Positions 31,508 to 43,597 of a stretch of 64,000 nucleotides of DNA are shown here, one piece after another; the stretch's first letter is position 1; every line of letters begins with the position of its first letter. The notes below the pieces were generated by a model, which had not been told where the DNA came from, made no database searches, and was given only the letters and a program-made list of their open reading frames with translations. The position numbers and the translations under genes were made by a program. The stretch comes from an uncultured Alphaproteobacteria bacterium (GTDB lineage: Bacteria > Pseudomonadota > Alphaproteobacteria > ATCC43930 > CGMCC-115725). Location of the stretch: the NCBI GenBank assembly GCA_963733525.1, contig CAVTDT010000011.1, forward strand, positions 1,578 to 65,577. The letters are read 5' to 3'.

Positions 31508-32367
31508 GCGTCCCTTCCACCGTGGCTGGCGTACTGGGTGTAGAAATCCCGCAGCTTGCGGGCGAGCTCGCCGGGCTTGCCGTCGCCGACCACGCTGTCG
31601 TCGATGCGCACGACCGGCATCACGTAGGAGGTGGCGCTGCTGATGAAGGCCTCGCGCGCCTGCTTTGCTTCGGCGACGCTGAACGGCCGCTCGACGAAGC
31701 GCAGCCCGGCCTTCTCGATCAGGCTGATGATGCCGAGGCGAGTGACGCCGTTCAGGATCGAGTTGGTGGCGGCGCGCGTCACCACTTCGCCGGCGGCGGT
31801 CACGATCCAGGCGTTGGTCGAGGTGCCTTCGGTCACGTTGCCGTCGCGATCCACCTGCCAGGCCTCGTAGGCGCCGGCCTCGCGCGCCTGCTGCTTGCCG
31901 AGGATGTTGGGCAGCAGCGACACCGACTTGATGTCGCAGCGCGCCCAGCGCAGGTCCGGGATGGTGATGACGCGCACGCCTTCGGCAAGCGCCTGGGCAC
32001 TGGCAAGCTTCGCCCGGCGCGAGGTCATCACCACAGCGGTGTCGACGCCCTTGGGAAAGGCGTGGTCGCGCGGCGCCACGCCGCGGGTCATCTGGATGTA
32101 GATGATGCCGTCCCGCACGCGGTTGCGGCGGATCACTTCGCGGATGACGGCCTTGAGCGCGCGGTCCGGCATCGGCCGGGCGATGCGCAGCTCGTCGAGC
32201 GAGCGGTCGAGCCGCTTCAGGTGCAGCCCCTCGTCGACCAGCGTGCCGTTGTCGATGGTGATCACCTCGTAGACGCCGTCCGCGAACTGGTAGCCGCGAT
32301 CCTCGATGTGGACCGAGGCAGCGCGGTGCGGCAGGTACTGGCCGTTGACGTAAGCAATGCGCGACAC
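31504..32367 (-). CDS. Class IV aminotransferase (D-amino-acid / branched-chain type)
   Basis: 287 aa with HIEDRGYQFADGVYEV. Confidence 0.8.
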   Translation of the reverse strand: MSRIAYVNGQYLPHRAASVHIEDRGYQFADGVYEVITIDNGTLVDEGLHLKRLDRSLDELRIARPMPDRALKAVIREVIRRNRVRDGIIYIQMTRGVAPRDHAFPKGVDTAVVMTSRRAKLASAQALAEGVRVITIPDLRWARCDIKSVSLLPNILGKQQAREAGAYEAWQVDRDGNVTEGTSTNAWIVTAAGEVVTRAATNSILNGVTRLGIISLIEKAGLRFVERPFSVAEAKQAREAFISSATSYVMPVVRIDDSVVGDGKPGELARKLRDFYTQYASHGGRDA

Positions 32368-32395
32368 TTTTCCTGTCTCCCGAAACCTGCCCGGC

Positions 32396-33800
32396 TCAGG
32401 CGCCGAGCTTCGCCGCCCGCTCGCCGTTGACGAGGCCGAGCGATTTGAGCTTGCGATGGAGCGCCGAGCGCTCCATGCCGATGAAAGCCGCCGTGCGCGA
32501 GATGTTGCCGCCGAAGCGCGTCACCTGGGCGATGAGATACTCGCGCTCGAACACCTCGCGGGCGTCGCGGAGCGGCAGGCTCATGATCTCGCCGCTCTTG
32601 TCCCAGCGCACGACAGCGGGCGCGTCCGAGCCGATCTCCGCCGGCAGCATGTCGGCGCGGATCGGCTCCCGGGCGTCGCCCGGCGCCATGATCAGCAGCC
32701 AGTCGATGACGTTGCGAAGCTGGCGCACGTTGCCCGGCCAGTCGTAGGCCTGCAGCGTCGCCATGGCGTCGTCGCCGATCTCCCGCGGCGGCAGGCGCGA
32801 GGCGTCCGCCGCGCGCTGCATGAAGTGACGCGCCAGCATCGGAATGTCCTCGCGGCGCTGCATCAGCGCCGGCACGTGGATCGGCACCACGGCGAGGCGA
32901 TAGTAGAGATCCTCGCGAAACCGGCCGGCGGTGATCTCCGCCTCGAGATCCCGGTTGGTGGAGGCGATCACCCGCACGTCGACCGTCACCCGGCTGCCGC
33001 CTACGCGCTCGAAGGTCTGCTCCTGCAGCCCGCGCACGATCTTGCTCTGGGTCTCCAGCGGCATGTCGCCGACCTCGTCGAGGAAGAGCGTGCCGCCATG
33101 CGCCTCCTCGAACATGCCGATCTTGCGCGGCGCCTCCGGCGCCTCGATGCCGGCCTCGCAGCCGAAGAGCTCGATCTCCAGCCGCTCGGGCCGCAGCGTG
33201 GCGCAGTTCACCACCACGAAGGGGCCGCGCGCGCGCCGCGAGCGGCGATGCAGCATGCGCGCCACCACTTCCTTGCCGGCGCCGGGGGCACCGGTGATCA
33301 CCACCCGGCTGCCGGTGGGCGCCACCTTCTCCAGCTGCTGGCGCAGATGCGCGACCGCATGCGAGCAGCCGATCAGCTCCTCGTCGCCGCCGGCGCGCAG
33401 GCGCAGCTCCTCGTTCTCGCGCCGAAGCCGCGACCACTCGATCACGCGCTCGACGATCAGCAGCAGGCGATCGGACTTGAAGGGCTTCTCGATGAAATCC
33501 TGGGCGCCGATCTTGATCGCCGCCACCGCGGTCTCGATGGTGCCGTGGCCGCTGATCATGATGACCGGCAGATGGGGCGCCTCCTGGCGCACCAGCTTCA
33601 GGATCTCGATGCCATCGAGCTCGCTGCCTTGCAGCCAGATGTCGAGGATGATCACCGAAGGGCAGGCGCGCGCGGATCGCGGCAAGCGCCTCGCTGCTGT
33701 TGGCGGCCTGTCTCGTCTCGTATCCCTCGTCCTCGAGCACGCCTGATATCAGCATCCGGATATCGGCTTCGTCATCGACGACGAGGATGTCATGCGCCAT
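32396..33800 (-). pseudogene. ntrX: Sigma-54-type response regulator NtrX, frameshifted in the receiver domain near 33665-33675
   Basis: MAHDILVVDDEADIRMLISGVLEDEGYETRQAANSSEALAAIRAR is in the frame of ORF 32262..33800. PSVIILDIWLQGSELDG... through the C-terminus is in ORF 32396..33685. The switch sits in a cgcgcgcgc run. Confidence 0.8.
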
Positions 33801-33810
33801 GGGGTGCCTT

Positions 33811-36024
33811 TTATGCGTCCACGGGTTCGACCGCCGCGCGCTCCGGCGCGCCGCGCATCTCGCCGGCGGGGAAGCTCAATGTCACCCGCGCGCCACCACC
33901 TTCGCGATCCTCCAAAACCAACTCGCCTCCGTGCTCTTCCATCACCTTCTTGACGATCGCGAGACCGAGACCGGTGCCCTTTGCCCGTGTCGTCACGTAG
34001 GGCTCGGTCAGGCGCTCGCGGCCTTCGCGCGGCAGGCCGCGGCCATTGTCCTCGATCGCGAGCGTGACGCGCTCGGGCGTCTCCACCAGACTGACCCGGA
34101 TGAGACCGGGCGGCGCGTCGCCCTCCCGACCCTGGATCGACTCCACGGCATTCTTGAGGAGATTGACCAGCGCCTGGCTCACCTGCCGCGCATCGCAGGA
34201 GACTAGCACGGGATGCGGCGGAAGTACGGTCTCAAAGCGGATGTCGCCCGCCGCGGTGCGCTGCAGGAACACCGCCTGACGCGTGATCTCCAGCAGGTCC
34301 TCGGTCTTGATCATCGCCGCCGGCATGCGCGCGAAGGAGGAGAACTCATCCACCATCCGGCCGATGTCGCCGACGTGGCGAATGATAGTGTCGGTGCAGA
34401 TCTGGAAAATGTCGGGGTCGTTCTTGATTTCCTTGAGGTACTTCCGCTTCAACCGTTCGGCGGAAAGCTGGATCGGCGTCAGCGGATTCTTGATCTCGTG
34501 GGCAATGCGGCGCGCGACATCGGCCCAGGCCGCCTTGCGTTGCGCCGACAGCAGCTCGGTCACGTCGTCGAAGGTGACGACGTAGCCTTGATTCTCGGCG
34601 CCCGCGTGCTCGGCGGCGATCCGCACATGGAGGGTGTAGGAGCGGCCCTTGCGCGGCACCTCGATCTGCGCCTGCACCAGCCGGTCCGGCCGGCGCGCCG
34701 CCTCGGCGAAGAGTGGCGCCATTTCCGGCACCACCTTGGAGAGTTCCTCACCGATGTGGCGCTCGAGGTCGACGTCGAGCAGCACCGCCGCCGAGCGGTT
34801 CGGCAGGTTGATGCGTCCCTCGCGATCGACGCCGACGACGCCGGCGGAGACGCCTGACAGCACCGCCTCGGTGAAGCGACGGCGCTCGTCGAGCTGACTG
34901 TTCGCCTCGATGAGCTCGCGCTGCTGCGTCTCGATCTGCATGGTCATGCGGTTGAAGGCGCGCGAGAGAATGCTGAGTTCCTCGTCACCCTCCCCTTCGG
35001 AGACCCGCGCCGCCAGATCGCCGGCGCGCACCCGCTCCGCCGCCGCCGACAGCGCCGAGATCGGCCGCGCGAGCTTGGTGGCAAATGTGAGGCCTACCCA
35101 TACCGAGGACAGCAGGAACAGCAGCGCCACCACCAGGAAGATCAGCGCGAAGGTGATCTGATAGTCCGAGCGCTGGCCTTCCAGCGTCTCATACTGCGTC
35201 ACCGCCCGCTGGGTCTGCTCCATGTGGTTGAGCACCAGCGGCTCGACGAAGCGGCCGACGTAGAGGTAGGCGTCCTGGAAGCGGTCGAGACGCACGAGCG
35301 CGCGCACGCGGTCGTCATTGCCGCTGGTGAGGATCGCCACGTCGCCTTGGTTCGCCTGCTGCAGCGCCCAGTCCGGCACCGGATCCAGCATCAGCGTGTA
35401 GCTGAAGCCACTGCGCGCCAGCACGCGGCCACGGCTGTCGAAAACCACCGCCTCGGTGAGGGAGCGCAGCGCCGCCTGGGCGCTGACGACCTGGTTGAGC
35501 TTCTGCGGATCGACGGAGAGCGTGGTGGCGTCGTGATTGAGATCGGAGGCCATCATCAGGACGTCGCCGCGGATCACCTGCTGATGCTCGTGCAGATAGG
35601 CCTCGGCCACCGCGAGGGATTCCGAGAGCGCGGTGCGCACCCGCTCGCTGAACCAGGACTGCACGCCAAAGGTGAAGAAGAGATAGGAGAAGACGGCGAC
35701 GATGATGGTGGGCGTCACCGCGATCAGGCTGAACAGCACCACCAGCCGCACATGGAGCCTTGAGCCCGCATGGCCGCGCCGGCGCTCGGCCCACACCTGC
35801 ACCAGGCGCTTGGCGATGACCGCGCCCAGCGCCAGCAGCAGCACCAGGTTGAGGTTGAGGAAGAAGAGCACCGCGTTCGGGCTCTTGGCGAAGGGCGGCC
35901 AGCCCGCCATTGCGGCGTAGGTGCAAATGCCCGAGGCGAGCGCCGCGACGGCAAGCGCCACCGCGAGCTTCCGCCCGAGCCCGACCCGACTGGCCCAAGT
36001 GAGAACCTGTCGCGACAGGCTCAT
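33811..36024 (-). CDS. ntrY: Sensor histidine kinase NtrY
   Basis: 737 aa with N-terminal TM segments, HAMP/PAS, the H-box IAHEIKNPLTPIQLSAERL and an HATPase domain. Confidence 0.9.
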   Translation of the reverse strand: MSLSRQVLTWASRVGLGRKLAVALAVAALASGICTYAAMAGWPPFAKSPNAVLFFLNLNLVLLLALGAVIAKRLVQVWAERRRGHAGSRLHVRLVVLFSLIAVTPTIIVAVFSYLFFTFGVQSWFSERVRTALSESLAVAEAYLHEHQQVIRGDVLMMASDLNHDATTLSVDPQKLNQVVSAQAALRSLTEAVVFDSRGRVLARSGFSYTLMLDPVPDWALQQANQGDVAILTSGNDDRVRALVRLDRFQDAYLYVGRFVEPLVLNHMEQTQRAVTQYETLEGQRSDYQITFALIFLVVALLFLLSSVWVGLTFATKLARPISALSAAAERVRAGDLAARVSEGEGDEELSILSRAFNRMTMQIETQQRELIEANSQLDERRRFTEAVLSGVSAGVVGVDREGRINLPNRSAAVLLDVDLERHIGEELSKVVPEMAPLFAEAARRPDRLVQAQIEVPRKGRSYTLHVRIAAEHAGAENQGYVVTFDDVTELLSAQRKAAWADVARRIAHEIKNPLTPIQLSAERLKRKYLKEIKNDPDIFQICTDTIIRHVGDIGRMVDEFSSFARMPAAMIKTEDLLEITRQAVFLQRTAAGDIRFETVLPPHPVLVSCDARQVSQALVNLLKNAVESIQGREGDAPPGLIRVSLVETPERVTLAIEDNGRGLPREGRERLTEPYVTTRAKGTGLGLAIVKKVMEEHGGELVLEDREGGGARVTLSFPAGEMRGAPERAAVEPVDA

Positions 36025-36067
36025 TCCGTCCTCGAGAAGTGCCGGAGCGTCACTCCAGCGAAGACGA

Positions 36068-37515
<1,448 letters not shown>

Positions 37516-37516
<1 letters not shown>

Positions 37517-38670
37517 TACCCGTTCTCCGCGCTCGCCATCGGCAGGCATACCCGAAACACCGTCCGCCGCGGCTGGCTATCGAACTCGATCACCCCGCCG
37601 TGGTCGTCAATTACCTTCGCCACCAATGCAAGACCGAGGCCAGTTCCGTGATGCTTGGTGCTGACGAAGGGGTCGAAGAGATGCGGCCGTAAATCCTCGG
37701 GTATGCCCTCGCCGTTGTCGGTGACGGTGACCAGCAGCGGCAGATGCAGCCGAGTATCGGTCCCCGCCACCGCCAGGCGAACGCCATGCTGATAGGAGGT
37801 CGCGACCTGGATCTCGCCGCCCTGGGTCGGCACCGCCTCGGCGGCGTTTTTCACCAGATTCAGAAACACCTGGATGAGGGCGTCCCGATTGCCGAGCACC
37901 GGCGGCAGCGAGGGGTCGTACTCCTCGATGAAGCGGACATGACGGGCAAATCCGGATTGCGCCACAAGCCGCACGCGGTCGAGCACCTCGTGGATGTTGA
38001 CGGGTCCCCGATCCAGCGGCCGGCGGTCCGAGAACACCTCCATCCGGTTCACCAGCGCCACGATCCGGTCCGCCTCGTCGCAGATCAGGCGGGTGAGCTC
38101 GCGATCATTCGGCGCTAGGTTCTCCTCCAGGAGCTGCGCCGCGCCGCGGATGCCGGAAAGCGGGTTCTTGACCTCATGCGCCAGCATCGCCGCCATGCCC
38201 GTCACCGAGCGCGCGGCATTGCGATGGGTGAGCTGGCGGTCGATCTTGTGCGCCATCGACCGCTCCTGCAGCGTCACCACCAGTCGCTCGCCGGGCTCGC
38301 TGAGGGGTGCCACTTGAATTGTCAGCACGTGAGCACCGAGTCGCGGCGTCTCCAAGGTGACGCCGTACTCCGAGACGCTGTGTCCGCTGCGGCGCACCGA
38401 AGTCATGAGCGCAAAAAGCGGGCTGTCGGCGGGCAGGAATTCAGCAAGCGATGTGCCCTGCAATGCCGAGGCGCTGATGTCGAAGAACTGCTCCGCGGCA
38501 CCATTGGCATATTGTATTACGTCGCCGTTCCCGACCACCAAGACGGGGTCCGGGAGCGCGGCCAGGATGGCGCCGGCGTCGAGACCGAGCCGCCGCGGCG
38601 CGGCATCGGGCGCAGCGGACTGCAAGGTCGCCGGCATCTCAGGCTGCCTGCCTTTCAATTTGAGGCTCAT
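37516..38670 (-). CDS. ntrB: Nitrogen regulation sensor kinase NtrB; an alternative start at 38637 would remove the overlap with dusB
   Basis: 384-aa ORF with a PAS domain, the H-box [19 protein letters not shown] and an HATPase domain. Confidence 0.88.
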
Positions 38671-39625
38671 AGAATGTGCGCAGCATCGCCATCACCCGCG
38701 CGGGATCGTCCTGGCGGTTGACCTCGCCGCGGAATTCCGCTGCGCCATGCAGGCCGCGGGAATACCAGCCGAGATGCTTGCGCGCCATGCGCAGCCCGGT
38801 GGTGATGCCGTAGTGGCTCAGCATGGCCTCGTAGTGCTTGAGCACGATCGCGAGCTGGCGGTGAAGCGGCGGATCCTCGATGCGCTCGCCGGTGCGGAGA
38901 TAGCGGATCACCTGCGAGAGGAACCATGGCCGGCCATAAGCGCCGCGGCCGATCATTACGCCGTCGGCGCCGGATTGCTCCAGCGCCGTCTCGACCTCGT
39001 CGATGCTGGTGATGTCGCCGTTCACCAGCACAGGAATGCCCACCGCCTCCTTGACGTCGCGCACGAACGCCCAATCGGCACGACCGTCATAGAACTGACA
39101 GCGCGTGCGCCCGTGGATGGTGACCATGCGAATGCCGCAGGCTTCCGCGATCCGCGCGAGCCTGGGCGCGTTGCGATTGGCCTCGTCCCAGCCCGTGCGC
39201 ATCTTCAGTGTCACCGGCAGCTTCACCGCCTTGACCGTCGCCTCCAGGATGCGCGCCGCGTGCAACTCGTCGCGCATCAGCGCCGAGCCCGCATGGCCGT
39301 TCACCACCTTCTTCACGGGACAGCCGAAATTGATGTCGATGAGCGCGGCGCCGCGGTCCTCGTTGAGGCGCGCCGCCTCCGCCATGACAGCCGGCTCGCA
39401 GCCCGCGAGCTGCACCGCCATCGGCTGCTCTTCCGGGCAATTCTCGGCCATTTTCAAGGATTGGCGGGAGGCGCGGATCATCGCCTCGCTGGCGATCATC
39501 TCCGAGACCACCAGGCCCGCGCCATGCTCCTTCACCAGCCGGCGGAATGGCAGGTCGGTCACGCCTGACATCGGCGCCAGGATCACAGGGTCGTCCAGTT
39601 TGACCGGACCGATCTCGATGCTCAT
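38639..39625 (-). CDS. dusB: tRNA-dihydrouridine synthase B (NifR3)
   Basis: 328 aa with [13 protein letters not shown] and INFGCP, lying upstream of ntrBC as in other alphaproteobacteria. Confidence 0.9.
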   Translation of the reverse strand: MSIEIGPVKLDDPVILAPMSGVTDLPFRRLVKEHGAGLVVSEMIASEAMIRASRQSLKMAENCPEEQPMAVQLAGCEPAVMAEAARLNEDRGAALIDINFGCPVKKVVNGHAGSALMRDELHAARILEATVKAVKLPVTLKMRTGWDEANRNAPRLARIAEACGIRMVTIHGRTRCQFYDGRADWAFVRDVKEAVGIPVLVNGDITSIDEVETALEQSGADGVMIGRGAYGRPWFLSQVIRYLRTGERIEDPPLHRQLAIVLKHYEAMLSHYGITTGLRMARKHLGWYSRGLHGAAEFRGEVNRQDDPARVMAMLRTFYEPQIERQAA

Positions 39626-39720
39626 TTTGTGCGCAACTCAGGAATTTGCTTAAAACTTAGACAGCCATCATACCCTGATTTTTGCGCAGTGCAACATGAA
39701 CCGAATCGGAGGGCCCAACC

Positions 39721-40569
39721 TCACCCGAGCAGAACGTCCGTCACGAATTTGACACCGGGGTAGGCCAGCGTCAGCAGAAGATAGGCCACCAGCACCCCAC
39801 GCGCCGCGCGCTGACCGCGGATGCCGCTAAACCGATGCGCGATCAGCAATGCCGCGATGGCGACGAAGGCCGCCAGCGACAAGGTCGTCTTGTGGTCGAA
39901 CACCAGAAGGCGGCCGCTGACGAAATACTCCGCCGCCATCCCGCTCATCAGGCCGAGGGCGAGGACCACCTCACTCGCCGCCAGCAAGCGGAGTTGCAGC
40001 CCCTCGCTTTCCGCCACCGCCGGCAAGCGGCGGGTCAGCGCCGTCGGCCGCTTCGCCTTGAGGGCGCGCTCCTGCAGGAATACCGCCGCGCCCGATACCG
40101 CCGCGAGGGTGAGGAGTCCGTAGGTGGCGAGCGCCAGGACGATATGCGCGCCGATCCATCCCGGCGGGATGGTGTCCTCGAGCGGCCGCTCCGGAGCGTG
40201 CTGCCAGATCAGCGCGATCACCCCGAGGATCACGAGGTAGGGCACCAGGATCGGCGTCAGGCGCCAGCCTTGCCGGGTCGTCAGCGCGACGCCGGCGAAG
40301 ATCGCGGTGGTGACCGCGATGGTGAGCCACAGCGACATGGCAAAGCCGGTGTTCCAGGTTCCGCCCAGCTGAGCCGCGGCCCAGATCGCCGGCCCGGCGA
40401 TGGCGAGCGCCAAGCCCGCCCAGAACGCGCCGTCGCGGCTATCCTGGGCGCGCAGCCGCAACGCCGCCGCCGGAAGCAGCGCCGCCAAAGCCAGCACGCC
40501 ATAGACCAAGCTCGAAGCCATGGCCGCGACTATAAGTACTCCCCGCGTCCTGGCAATCGATGCGGCCAT
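39721..40569 (-). CDS. Cytochrome c assembly (CcsA/YpjD-like) integral membrane protein
   Basis: 282-aa polytopic ORF. The family call is from the overall hydrophobic pattern only. Confidence 0.5.
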   Translation of the reverse strand: MAASIARTRGVLIVAAMASSLVYGVLALAALLPAAALRLRAQDSRDGAFWAGLALAIAGPAIWAAAQLGGTWNTGFAMSLWLTIAVTTAIFAGVALTTRQGWRLTPILVPYLVILGVIALIWQHAPERPLEDTIPPGWIGAHIVLALATYGLLTLAAVSGAAVFLQERALKAKRPTALTRRLPAVAESEGLQLRLLAASEVVLALGLMSGMAAEYFVSGRLLVFDHKTTLSLAAFVAIAALLIAHRFSGIRGQRAARGVLVAYLLLTLAYPGVKFVTDVLLG

Positions 40570-40585
40570 GCATTAGCGTGCGGCC

Positions 40586-41741
40586 ATGAATTCGTGCATT
40601 GCGCTGGTGGTGGCGGCGGGGCGCGGCAGCCGCATCGGCGGGCCGCTTCCCAAGCAATATCTGCCGCTCGCCGGCGAGCCGCTGCTCCGCCACACCCTTC
40701 GCGCGCTCCGCGCGCATCCCGCGATCTCGGCGGTGCGCGCGGTGATCCACGCCGACGATCGCGCGCTCTACGATACCGCCGCCGCGGGTCTCGATCTGCT
40801 GCCGCCGGCGATCGGCGGCGCCGAGCGGCAGGATTCCGTGCGTCTCGGCCTCGAGAGTCTGGTGGAGCTCGATCCCGCCGCGGTGGCGATCCACGACGGC
40901 GCCCGCCCCTTCGTCGAAACTGATCTCATCGACCGCGTGCTGGCGGCGCTCGGCGACAGCGTGGGCGCGATCCCTGCCCTGCCCGTCTCCGACACGATCA
41001 AGCGCGGCAGCAGCGGCGCGATCGTCGAGACCGTCGATCGTCGCGAGCTCTGGCGCGCGCAGACGCCGCAGACATTCCGCTTTCGCCCGATCCTGGATGC
41101 GCATCGCGCCGCCGCCGGGCTGCAGCTCTCCGACGATGCCGCGGTCGCCGAGCGCGCCGGCATCAAGGTGCGGCTGGTCACCGGCAGCGAGGAGAATTTC
41201 AAGGTGACGACGCCCGAGGATTTCGCTCGCGCCGAGCGCGCGCTCGCCGCCGGTCTCGGCGACATCAGAACCGGCCAGGGCTATCGACGTGCATCCCCTC
41301 GGTCCCGGCGATCACGTCTGGCTCTGCGGCATCAAGGTACCGCACGACCGCGCGCTAGTGGGCCACTCCGACGCGGATGTGGGGCTGCACGCGATCACCG
41401 ACGCCATATTGGGCGCCCTCGGCGCCGGCGACATCGGCCTGCATTTTCCGCCCAGCGATCCGCGCTGGCGCGGCGCCGCCTCCGACCGTTTCCTCCGCCA
41501 CGCCGCCGAGCTGGTCAGCGCGCGGGGCGGCCGCATCGCGCATGTCGACGTGACGGTCATCTGCGAGCGTCCGAAAGTGTCGCCCCATCGCGAGACGATG
41601 GTAGCTCGCATCGCGGAGATACTCGGCCTCTCCCGCGATCGTGTCAGCGTCAAGGCGACGACGACCGAGAAGCTGGGCTTCACCGGCCGCGAGGAAGGCA
41701 TCGCCGCCCAGGCGGTGGCGACCATCCGGCTGCCGCTATAG
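40586..41741 (+). pseudogene. ispDF: Bifunctional IspD/IspF (MEP pathway), with a 1-bp insertion at about 41285, at the domain junction
   Basis: The IspD part runs from VAAGRGSRIG to TGQGY. IspF ([15 protein letters not shown]...GHSDADV...) is in ORF 41289..41741. The sequence reads ggc tat C gac gtg cat. Confidence 0.85.
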
Positions 41742-41752
41742 GGCGCCAGGCA

Positions 41753-42241
41753 ATGGCGCCGGTGCCTGGCCTTCGCCTGCGGGATCCAGCGACGCTGATC
41801 GCGACCGCCGGCGGTGCCGGGCTGCTGCCGGGCGCGCCGGGCACCTGGGGATCGCTGGTCGGCGTGGTGCTGGCCTGGGTCGTCGCCAGCCTCTGGGGTC
41901 CGGCGACGCTGCTGCTGCTCGCCCTCGCGCTGTTCGTTCTCGGGTGCTGGGCGGCGGAGCAGGTGTCGCAGGCAACCGGCGTCGCCGATCCCGGTTTCAT
42001 TGTCATCGACGAAGTCGCAGCCCAGGCCCTCGTACTCGCGATTGCTCCTCTTACACCCGTGGCTTATCTCGCTGGTTTCATCTTGTTCCGCATCTTCGAC
42101 ATTCTGAAGCCCTGGCCGGTCCGCCTTCTCGATCGGAAAATCCATAATGGTTTCGGGGTGATGATCGACGATATTGCGGCGGCGGTTTATGCCGGGATCA
42201 TTCTCTATCTTGGCTTGAGAATTTCTGGAGCAATAGCCTAA
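41753..42241 (+). CDS. pgpA: Phosphatidylglycerophosphatase A
   Basis: MAPVPGLRLRDPATLIATAGGAGLLPGAPGTWGSL...VIDEVAAQ...RIFDILKPWP. It lies in the tail of the artificial 551-aa ORF 40586..42241. Confidence 0.85.
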   Translation: MAPVPGLRLRDPATLIATAGGAGLLPGAPGTWGSLVGVVLAWVVASLWGPATLLLLALALFVLGCWAAEQVSQATGVADPGFIVIDEVAAQALVLAIAPLTPVAYLAGFILFRIFDILKPWPVRLLDRKIHNGFGVMIDDIAAAVYAGIILYLGLRISGAIA

Positions 42242-42732
42242 TGCAAAACGATTTTCAGGCGCAAGCTAAGGTGATACTTGAAGTCTGCCGCGAGGCGGGC
42301 CTTACGCTCGCCACGGCGGAGTCCTGCACCGGCGGAATGGTGGCGGCGGCGCTCACGGACGTCGCGGGATCCTCGGACGTGGTCGAGCGCGGCTTCGTCA
42401 CCTACTCCAACGCCGCCAAGAGCGAGCTCCTGGGCGTGCCCGCCGGTCTCATCGACAGCGTGGGCGCGGTGAGCGCCGAGGTCGCCGCCGCCATGGCCGA
42501 GGGTGCCCTTGCCCACGCGCCGGTCGATCTCGCGGTCTCCATCACCGGCATCGCCGGTCCCGGCGGCGCCACTCCGACCAAGCCGGTCGGCCTCGTCTAT
42601 CTCGGCATTATCCGCAAGGGCGGCGCGGCGCGGACCGAGCGTCACGTCTTCACCGGCGACCGCGCGGCGGTTCGTGGCGCCGCCACGCGACGCGCGCTCG
42701 AGCTGCTGCTGGAAGCGGCCCGCGGCGCATGA
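42241..42732 (+). CDS. CinA-family protein (nicotinamide-nucleotide amidohydrolase PncC-like domain)
   Basis: 163 aa with ATAESCTGGMVAAALTDVAGSS and GIAGPGG. Confidence 0.8.
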   Translation: MQNDFQAQAKVILEVCREAGLTLATAESCTGGMVAAALTDVAGSSDVVERGFVTYSNAAKSELLGVPAGLIDSVGAVSAEVAAAMAEGALAHAPVDLAVSITGIAGPGGATPTKPVGLVYLGIIRKGGAARTERHVFTGDRAAVRGAATRRALELLLEAARGA

Positions 42733-43154
42733 TGCGAGCGCTCGCGCTGGCATCGCTGATCCTGCTGGGCGCCACTCTTCCCGCCCAGGCGGCGAAACTC
42801 ACGGTCACCGTCGAGAACGTCCGCAACGACCAGGGCGACATTCGCCTCTCCGTCTTTGCCTCGCCCGCGGAATGGCCGAGCCACTCGACCACAGAGCACG
42901 ATCTGGTCATGCCGGCCCACTCCGGAACCGTCGTCTTCAACCTAGACCTGCCGCCGGGCACTTATGCGATCAACGGTTTTCACGACGAGAACCGCAACCT
43001 CGAGTTCGACCGCACCGCCATCGGCCTGCCCGAGGAGGGCTACTTCTTCTCCGACGACGCCAAGCCGTTCTTGTCCGCGCCGAGCTTCGGCGCCGCCAGC
43101 TTCAGCCTGCCGCCGGACGGAGCGACGATCTCAACGCACGTCGTTTATCCCTAG
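42729..43154 (+). CDS. Secreted DUF2141-like protein
   Basis: 141 aa with a signal peptide and NDQGDIRLSVF...NGFHDENRN. Confidence 0.6.
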   Translation: MMRALALASLILLGATLPAQAAKLTVTVENVRNDQGDIRLSVFASPAEWPSHSTTEHDLVMPAHSGTVVFNLDLPPGTYAINGFHDENRNLEFDRTAIGLPEEGYFFSDDAKPFLSAPSFGAASFSLPPDGATISTHVVYP

Positions 43155-43597
43155 CTCGTCCGCCGGAAGCGCTCGCGCGGGATCTCGGCAACGGCGGAAA
43201 TCTCGATGACGAGATCGGGATCGTAGAGCGCCGCCACCTGCACCGTCGTGGTGACGGGATAAGGCTCGCGGAAGAACTCGCGCCTGACATCGCCGACGCC
43301 GGCGAATACGCCGATGTCGATGACGTAATGCGTCAGCGACAGCACATCCTCCATGCGCCCGCCAACCGCGCGCAGGACCGCGGCGATGTTCTCCAGGACC
43401 TGGCGAGTCTGCGCGCGCATATCGCCCTTGCCGACGATGCGACCCTCGCGGTCGAGAGCCACCTGCCCCTTCAGATGCACGATACGTCCGTCACCCTGGA
43501 TCACGCCCATCGAGAAGGCGCCGAAGGGTGGCCACACCGTCGAGGGATTGAAGGCGTCGACCACGTCAGCCCCCTCGCCCGCCGAGCTCGCCCTCAA
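43151..43597 (-). CDS. RidA/YjgF-family protein; the start is uncertain because the ORF overlaps the nadC end by 32 nt
   Basis: 148-aa ORF with typical RidA-like C-terminal pattern. Confidence 0.65.
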   Translation of the reverse strand: MRASSAGEGADVVDAFNPSTVWPPFGAFSMGVIQGDGRIVHLKGQVALDREGRIVGKGDMRAQTRQVLENIAAVLRAVGGRMEDVLSLTHYVIDIGVFAGVGDVRREFFREPYPVTTTVQVAALYDPDLVIEISAVAEIPRERFRRTS

